A stretch of 32,000 nucleotides of DNA from Promethearchaeota archaeon (GTDB taxonomy: Archaea; Asgardarchaeota; Odinarchaeia; Odinarchaeales; JBHLKK01): positions 1 through 32,000 of the forward strand of contig JBHLPL010000008.1 of the NCBI GenBank assembly GCA_048939465.1, written 5' to 3'. Shown in pieces: positions 26,148-32,000 of this stretch (positions are counted from its first letter, which is position 1; every line of letters begins with the position of its first letter). Below the pieces are notes generated by a model. The model was not told the origin of the DNA, made no database searches, and saw nothing but the letters and a program-made list of their open reading frames with translations. The translations under genes and the position numbers were made by a program.

Positions 26148-27071
26148 TTGAAAATCCTCGAATCCACGGCAGAAAAAATCAAGAACCTAAAGATACAAGG
26201 AGCAACGAACGTTGCAGTAGCTGCTCTTGAGGCTTTAACGTCATATATCAAAGAGGCTGAAATATCAGGCAAGGAAGATCTACTGAAACGTCTGGATTAC
26301 GCAAAGAGGATACTATTCTCTACCCGCACAACGGAGCCCGCCATGCGCAACGGTATCCGCTCCGTGATATATCAGGTGGAGCTTTCACAAAAGACAGACC
26401 TAGGGGAGCTAGTAGGGTTGGCCTGTGAGAAGGCAAAAGAATTCATTGCAGATCTGAAGAAAGCCAGGCAGAGAATTGCAGAGATTGGAGCAAAGCGAAT
26501 TACTGATGATATGGATGTAATGACTCACTGCCACAGTTCGGCAGTAAGTTCTATTCTTAGAGAAGCCTGGAGCCAAGGAAAGAAGTTCAGAGTCGTGTGT
26601 ACAGAAACAAGACCCCTTTTTCAAGGAAGAATCACATCCAAGGAACTGACTGAAGCAGGAATACCTACAACTATGGTTGTGGATTCAGCCATGCGATGGG
26701 TAATAAAAACCAAGGAGATAGACTTTGTCATCGTCGGAGCCGATGCAATAACCTCTGAAGGGGTTATCATAAACAAAGTCGGAACGAGACTCCTAGCGCT
26801 TGCTGCCAAGGAATTTGATGTTCCTTTCTACGCTGCAACCCCTCTTGTGAAGTTCTCTCCAGAAACTGTGGCAGGAAAACTCGAAGAAATTGAAATGCGC
26901 GGCTCAGATGAGCTGTGGAACAGTCCCCCTCCGGGCCTCAACATCGAGAATCCAGCCTTCGAGACGGTTGCAAGAGAGTACATAGACGGATTTATCACGG
27001 AAGAGGGCATCTTTCCCCCTTCTTATATTATTGCTGTCGTTTCAAAAAAGTACCCATTCATGCTTGAATAA
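26148..27071 (+). CDS. Ribose-1,5-bisphosphate isomerase (eIF2B-related family)
   Basis: IQGATNVA, TRTTEPAMRN, MTHCHSS, ETRPLFQG, GADAIT..NKVGT, NPAFE; adjacent to AMP phosphorylase. Confidence 0.9.
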   Translation: MKILESTAEKIKNLKIQGATNVAVAALEALTSYIKEAEISGKEDLLKRLDYAKRILFSTRTTEPAMRNGIRSVIYQVELSQKTDLGELVGLACEKAKEFIADLKKARQRIAEIGAKRITDDMDVMTHCHSSAVSSILREAWSQGKKFRVVCTETRPLFQGRITSKELTEAGIPTTMVVDSAMRWVIKTKEIDFVIVGADAITSEGVIINKVGTRLLALAAKEFDVPFYAATPLVKFSPETVAGKLEEIEMRGSDELWNSPPPGLNIENPAFETVAREYIDGFITEEGIFPPSYIIAVVSKKYPFMLE

Positions 27072-27094
27072 TCATCTTATTGGGAGGTGTCTCT

Positions 27095-28612
27095 ATGCCT
27101 AGATTCGCCACAAGAATCCTGGACATGGAGCTTGACGAAAAGGTAGTACTTAACAGAAAAGATGCAAAGAAACTCAAGGTAGATAGTGAATCCCGTCTTT
27201 TTCTCAAATCAAAGAAAAGCGGCACTCTAAAGGAGATAATCCTCACAGATAGCCTGGTTCAACCGGGTCAAATAGGACTGACGCCACAGATCCAAGCGAC
27301 GCTAGCGGCAAAAGAAAACGAAAATATTGATGTCTCTGCAAAAGATGAACCTAAGTCTTCCCCCTATCTCTCACGAATGCTCGAAGGAGAGAAACTGACA
27401 CGAGACGAGATTTTCGCCATCGTTCATGATATCGTATCAAAGAATCTTTCAAAAGTAGAGATGTCAGCTTTTATACTCGCCCAATACTTCCGGGATATAA
27501 CCATGGATGAAGTTGAGGCTCTAACTCGAGCAACTGCGGAAACAGGTCACGTAATTGATTTTGAAGAGCCAGTCTACGATAAACATAGCATTGGAGGGGT
27601 TCCTGGGAACAAGGTTTCATTGCTCATCGTTCCGATTGTGGCTGCTGCGGGCTTACCAATACCTAAGACAAGCAGCCGGGCAATCACATCCCCTGCAGGC
27701 ACAGCAGATACTTTTGAGGTCTTGGCCCCAGTCGAGTTCTCCGCGGATGAGCTGAAAAGACTGGTAAAGAAAGTCAGAGGGGCACTGGTCTGGGGGGGTA
27801 CTCTGAATATCGCCCCGGCAGATGATATTCTTATTGATGAAGTTGAACACCCGCTGAAAATAGATCCTGTTTCACAGATGCTTTCATCCATTATGTCGAA
27901 GAAGCTTGCAGTGGGAATTGATGCATTAGTCCTTGACATTCCTATAGGAATGGGCACTAAAGTGCCAAACAAAGACATAGCGACAGACCTTTCACGGAAA
28001 TTCGTTGAATTGGGAACTAGACTAAACATTAGAGTTGAGATAGGGATAACCTATGGAGATCAACCCGTAGGTCATGCAATCGGACCCGCACTGGAAGCAA
28101 AGGAAGCCTTAGAATCACTTATGGGGGGCAAGAAATCAACCTCTCTTGTGGAGAAATCCACATCACTTGCTGGTATATTGCTTGAGATGTCAGGGAAAAC
28201 AGCCAGAGGTCTAGGACATGTCCTTGCCAAGGAGATACTAAACAGTGGAAAAGCCTTGCAGAAAATGAAAGAGATCATTGATGCTCAAGGAGGGAATCCC
28301 AATATCAAACCTGAAGATATACAATTGGGAGATCACCGTGTTGATATCCCAGCCCCCGCCGCAGGATACATAGTTGAAGTCGACAATCTCGACATCAACA
28401 AGATAGCCAGAGCAGCCGGTGCCCCCGATCACAAAGGGGCAGGATTGCACATCTATAAGAAGAGAGGGGGGCACGTAAAGCGAGGTGAACCGTTAATAAC
28501 GATATACTCAGAAACCGCATCGAAGTTAAGAGAGGCACAGAGCCTGGTGGTGAAGCTTAAACCAATCACAATTGAAGGTATGCTCCTCAAACGCGTCTCC
28601 GCATACTATTAG
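27095..28612 (+). CDS. deoA: AMP phosphorylase
   Basis: N-terminal double-psi-barrel-like extension, DKHSIGGVPGNK, KTSSRAITSPAGTAD, SIMSKKLAVG, GAP..KGAG. ATG 27095 follows GGAGGTG. Confidence 0.95.
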   Translation: MPRFATRILDMELDEKVVLNRKDAKKLKVDSESRLFLKSKKSGTLKEIILTDSLVQPGQIGLTPQIQATLAAKENENIDVSAKDEPKSSPYLSRMLEGEKLTRDEIFAIVHDIVSKNLSKVEMSAFILAQYFRDITMDEVEALTRATAETGHVIDFEEPVYDKHSIGGVPGNKVSLLIVPIVAAAGLPIPKTSSRAITSPAGTADTFEVLAPVEFSADELKRLVKKVRGALVWGGTLNIAPADDILIDEVEHPLKIDPVSQMLSSIMSKKLAVGIDALVLDIPIGMGTKVPNKDIATDLSRKFVELGTRLNIRVEIGITYGDQPVGHAIGPALEAKEALESLMGGKKSTSLVEKSTSLAGILLEMSGKTARGLGHVLAKEILNSGKALQKMKEIIDAQGGNPNIKPEDIQLGDHRVDIPAPAAGYIVEVDNLDINKIARAAGAPDHKGAGLHIYKKRGGHVKRGEPLITIYSETASKLREAQSLVVKLKPITIEGMLLKRVSAYY

Positions 28613-28736
28613 GCTTCGCAATACTTTTTCCGCATCCCTTTTAAATTTCTGCACAACCTAAATATTGCCAAAGACTATTATCGTTCTGGTCAGATCAAAC
28701 TCAGTGTTGCTGATTGAGAGCTGAGGAGGAAATCTT

Positions 28737-29960
28737 TTGAAAATACTCATCTATGAGCATCTGTCTGGTGGTGGTCTCGCAGCAGAGGAAGCGGCAGTTT
28801 CGCAGCTTAGCGAAGGATTTGCGCTGCTAAGTACTCTGGCAGAGGACTTTCAGAAACTGAAGCAGGATGTGTATGCCACTCTTGACTATAGAATCGCAAA
28901 TTATACACCTCCTATAGAGGCGAAGATTGCGACTATCCTCAGACCCCAAAACGATTTCTTGGAAGTCTTCAAATTCAATTTAGCCGAGGTAGAGGGTGTC
29001 GTTATAGCCGCCCCCGAGTCAAGAAGCTGTCTCTTGAACCTTACCAAAGCTGCCGAAGAAAGCGACAAGGTCATATTTGGATCATCATCAGAGGCAATTC
29101 GATTAACGTCTGATAAGAGAAAGACCTTCAAAGTCGCCTCAGACCTAAACTTGCCCGTACCGGAAGCTAAATTCGTATCCTCCTCTCTCGAAATCGGAGA
29201 GATAGGCGCAATAGCGGAAGAAACAGGATTTCCGTTAATCTTCAAGCCCCTAGACGGAGCCGACTGCAGGGGAATTACTATTGTAAGGGATAAATCGCGT
29301 ATACCGTCCGCAATTGATAATTTGAAACGAGAATCCACACTTGAGGACTTCATGATCTACCCTTATGTTAAGGGAACAGCAGCAAGCGTAAGCCTGATAG
29401 TTAATGAAGACGGGGCCTTTCCAGTAGGCCTCAGCGCTCAAGAGCTCTCCCTATCTGCTGAAGGAAGCCTAAAATGTGAAAGCGGATATGTTCCACTAAA
29501 ACACTCGCTGAAGGAAGAAGCGCTAGAACATGCCAAGCAGATGGCTCAAGAGGTCAAGGGCCTTGGAGGCTTAGTAGATATTGATTTCGTGTTAAGTGAA
29601 CGTAAGGAACCCATCTTCATGGAGATCAATGCGAGAATTACAAAGAGCTATCTTGGAATTAGAAGGGCAGTGGCTGGAAACTTGGCCGAAATGATATTTG
29701 ATGCGGTAGTCAGCCGAAAACTTCCTGAGGAAGTGTCTTTGTTGAACACGGCATTCTTTTCAAAAATCCCCTTGAGAATAACAAAAATGTCTATTGCCCG
29801 TGTTAAAGGTTTGGCAGTCTTGCCTGGCATAGTGGGACCACCTTTCCCGTTTAAGGGAAATCCGACAACAGCCGTCGTTGTTTCGGAAGGAGAAGACCTC
29901 ACCGAAGCGAAAGAAAAGCTTGATTTCAGAAAGAAAGCACTGCAAGAGATGTCTGACTAG
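28737..29960 (+). CDS. ATP-grasp ligase, MfnD (tyramine-L-glutamate ligase)-like
   Basis: MKILIYEHLSGGG start, AAPE, SDKRKT, IFKPLDGADC, ASVSL, IDFV..MEINARIT..Y.G. Confidence 0.7.
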   Translation: MKILIYEHLSGGGLAAEEAAVSQLSEGFALLSTLAEDFQKLKQDVYATLDYRIANYTPPIEAKIATILRPQNDFLEVFKFNLAEVEGVVIAAPESRSCLLNLTKAAEESDKVIFGSSSEAIRLTSDKRKTFKVASDLNLPVPEAKFVSSSLEIGEIGAIAEETGFPLIFKPLDGADCRGITIVRDKSRIPSAIDNLKRESTLEDFMIYPYVKGTAASVSLIVNEDGAFPVGLSAQELSLSAEGSLKCESGYVPLKHSLKEEALEHAKQMAQEVKGLGGLVDIDFVLSERKEPIFMEINARITKSYLGIRRAVAGNLAEMIFDAVVSRKLPEEVSLLNTAFFSKIPLRITKMSIARVKGLAVLPGIVGPPFPFKGNPTTAVVVSEGEDLTEAKEKLDFRKKALQEMSD

Positions 29961-30099
29961 AATTGTGGACCACACATCTATTGACATCATATGTGATTTT
30001 TTCAGGATTTTGAATCCCGGTTTTTCGTGTAGACGTTCTTACCAAAAATAGAGATAAAGACAGCGGAAAGGGTTTTGGCGGAGTCAGAACCCTTCCTAC

Positions 30100-31206
30100 C
30101 TATCCAGGGACTTTTTCCCATTCTTTGATCGTTTCTTGAAGTTCTTTTCTGAGGTTGGAGTCGAGTTTTTGAGTAGGTGGTCTGTTGACTAGTCGGCGAT
30201 GGAATGTTCCCATTTCAAAGAGGGCTGGGTGAAATCTGTTCGTTTCTTCGAGCTGTTTGCGAACGGTGTCAATTGCTTTGGCTATCTCACCAGCAGGTGC
30301 ATCTTCTTCGACTTTCTTGCTGCATTCTGCTAGCGCTGTGGGATAATCCAGAGTTTTTGTAGCCACCGGTTCCTCTAATCTGGGAGCTGGGGTTGCCTTA
30401 ACACCGGCAAGACTCTGGATGCTTGTTTGTATTCCTGCGACATTTTGGGTCACCGCCGTCAGGTCGCTTTTCATATCTGTTACTTCATCACGCAGAGCTG
30501 TGAGGCTTTCAATGGCAGAAGAGACTCTGTCAAAACTCTCTCTCAGTGTGGATATTATCTCTCCCATGCCGCTAAGCTCATTTGCGGATGATTTCAAATC
30601 CGAAATGTCTAATCGTTCCAGCTTTTCTTCAAGACTTGCTATTCTATTGATCAGCTCACCGGAAGTTTCCAGTCCTTCTCCTTTCGGTAGAGACGACAAG
30701 GATTTAACCCCCTCCTCTATGCCCCTAATTCTCTCTTCGAGCGCAGATATCTTCTCGATTTCTTCGGGTATCTCCTTGAATCTCTCCAGTGATTCTATTA
30801 GGTTCTTGATCTCACCTGTACCCGTTCCTCCGGCTTTTGATTCTGCAAGAAGAGTCTTAATATCAGATATGATCGGGAATAGGTCTTTTACGACCTGAAT
30901 ACCTTCTTTTATTTCTCCGACAGAAGCCGCCAGTTTCTCGTAACTAGCCCCAACGTCCTTAACGGATTCCGGAACTATTTCTGTCTCGCTGATTCTTTTT
31001 AGCTGTCCTGCTATATCCTCTAGAACTGGCATGATTCCGCCTAGATCCGGGGAGGAAGCTACATCACCGCCTCCGCTTAATCCGATCTTTTCTGCTAGCT
31101 CGTCTATGGTGCTTTTTAGGCTGCCAACTTGCCGGATTATATAACGTCGTCCTTCGACAACCTCTTCGAGTTTCTTGTTAATATCTTCCAGGACATTCTG
31201 TCCCAT
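30100..31206 (-). CDS. Hypothetical long coiled-coil protein with a C-terminal helical domain
   Basis: ATG 31206 follows a GGAGGT SD; the extension to 31446 does not look like coding sequence. Heptad-rich body, Pro-rich linker, compact C-terminal domain. Confidence 0.75.
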   Translation of the reverse strand: MGQNVLEDINKKLEEVVEGRRYIIRQVGSLKSTIDELAEKIGLSGGGDVASSPDLGGIMPVLEDIAGQLKRISETEIVPESVKDVGASYEKLAASVGEIKEGIQVVKDLFPIISDIKTLLAESKAGGTGTGEIKNLIESLERFKEIPEEIEKISALEERIRGIEEGVKSLSSLPKGEGLETSGELINRIASLEEKLERLDISDLKSSANELSGMGEIISTLRESFDRVSSAIESLTALRDEVTDMKSDLTAVTQNVAGIQTSIQSLAGVKATPAPRLEEPVATKTLDYPTALAECSKKVEEDAPAGEIAKAIDTVRKQLEETNRFHPALFEMGTFHRRLVNRPPTQKLDSNLRKELQETIKEWEKVPG

Positions 31207-31518
31207 TCTTAGACCTCCAAGAGCATAAGATGCTCTTATATAATTCTTTACTAAATACACATTTAACTTTGTCGGAGTGACTCGGGTAAAGCAAAAGTGT
31301 AGAAAATGGACTTGAAGCACTGATATTACGATGTGAGCCATGTATTCTTCGCAGTTTAAGGTGCAGAAACCGTTCTTACTCAGACTCTCGGAACAAGCTC
31401 GATCCAGGCAAAAGATCGACTGCGACTCTTCCCGCATTCTGAACAAGATATAGTTTTAAGGAATAAACGAGTAATTTTGATTAGTGATGTGTGTTGAAAT
31501 CATTCAGGAGAGACTGAG

Positions 31519-31998
31519 ATGGCCGGAAGAACGATTGGTGCTCTCTTTTTGTGTCTTGTGATTACTTGGTTAATAACTTACTTCGTTGCTCTAGGAAACA
31601 CCTTGGGCGATCTTCAGGCGATCCTAGGTCAGCAGCAAGAGATACTCAATACTTTGCTGGAGATAACGATAGCTCATTTCTGGATATATCCTTCCCTGCT
31701 CTTGGGAGCGTACGGGATGCTTATTGCGCTGATTGCTGGCGGTCTTATTGGAGGTCTCATAACTCGCAACCCTAGGCGTGCTGTACTGATGGCGGTGGCG
31801 TATCTTATAATCGTATTTCTTGTATGCGAAACAATTCTGGTTGTTGACGGGATCGAGCTAACGTCTGCACTCTCTTATCTGATTCAAATCATCGGGACGA
31901 ACACGCTTGAGATTGCCCTGGGTCTGGTGATTATGTCAGCAGCCGTTATTCTGCCAGCGGTCATCGGAGCGACTCTGACGCAGCCTCCTGCCGTCTAA
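31519..31998 (+). CDS. Hypothetical membrane protein (about 4 TM helices)
   Basis: 159 aa, hydrophobic, GGAG SD upstream. Confidence 0.7.
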   Translation: MAGRTIGALFLCLVITWLITYFVALGNTLGDLQAILGQQQEILNTLLEITIAHFWIYPSLLLGAYGMLIALIAGGLIGGLITRNPRRAVLMAVAYLIIVFLVCETILVVDGIELTSALSYLIQIIGTNTLEIALGLVIMSAAVILPAVIGATLTQPPAV

Positions 31999-32000
31999 AG

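Noticed and set aside
31207-31446. 80-aa N-terminal extension of the 30100 ORF
   Set aside because: The composition is atypical, it spans the AT-rich promoter region, and a strong SD precedes ATG 31206.
1173-31775. The many short ORFs antisense to or nested within the assigned genes
   Set aside because: They are shadow frames of well-supported CDS, with no motifs or independent signals.
1-32000. tRNA, rRNA, transposase, integrase or ORB origin repeats
   Set aside because: No cloverleaf, rRNA signature, Y1/RuvC/recombinase motif or repeated ORB box was seen by eye.

Overview
Archaeal chromosomal window, most likely from an Asgard archaeon. The archaeal assignment rests on the thermosome, Rpo6, Sec11, Ard1, AMP phosphorylase with R15P isomerase and an MfnD-like ligase. 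The Asgard inference rests on eukaryote-signature-like proteins: an ARPC4-like domain, a longin-like protein and a small TRAFAC GTPase. About 28 CDS are present. The most striking non-coding signal is seven copies of one ORF-less IS200/IS605-type element, all on the + strand. Five are full cassettes (left end, TATA box, structured omegaRNA-like scaffold, right end ending in TTCAC) in two size classes, about 220 bp and about 350 bp. Two are solo hairpin ends of about 47 bp. No tnpA or tnpB is in the window. Protein highlights are a V4R-like/ARPC4-like/Zn-domain fusion, an Ard1 N-acetyltransferase with an inserted winged-helix-like domain, and a proline-rich protein ending in a WH2/VASP-like helix. 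All calls come from reading motifs by eye; no database searches were run.
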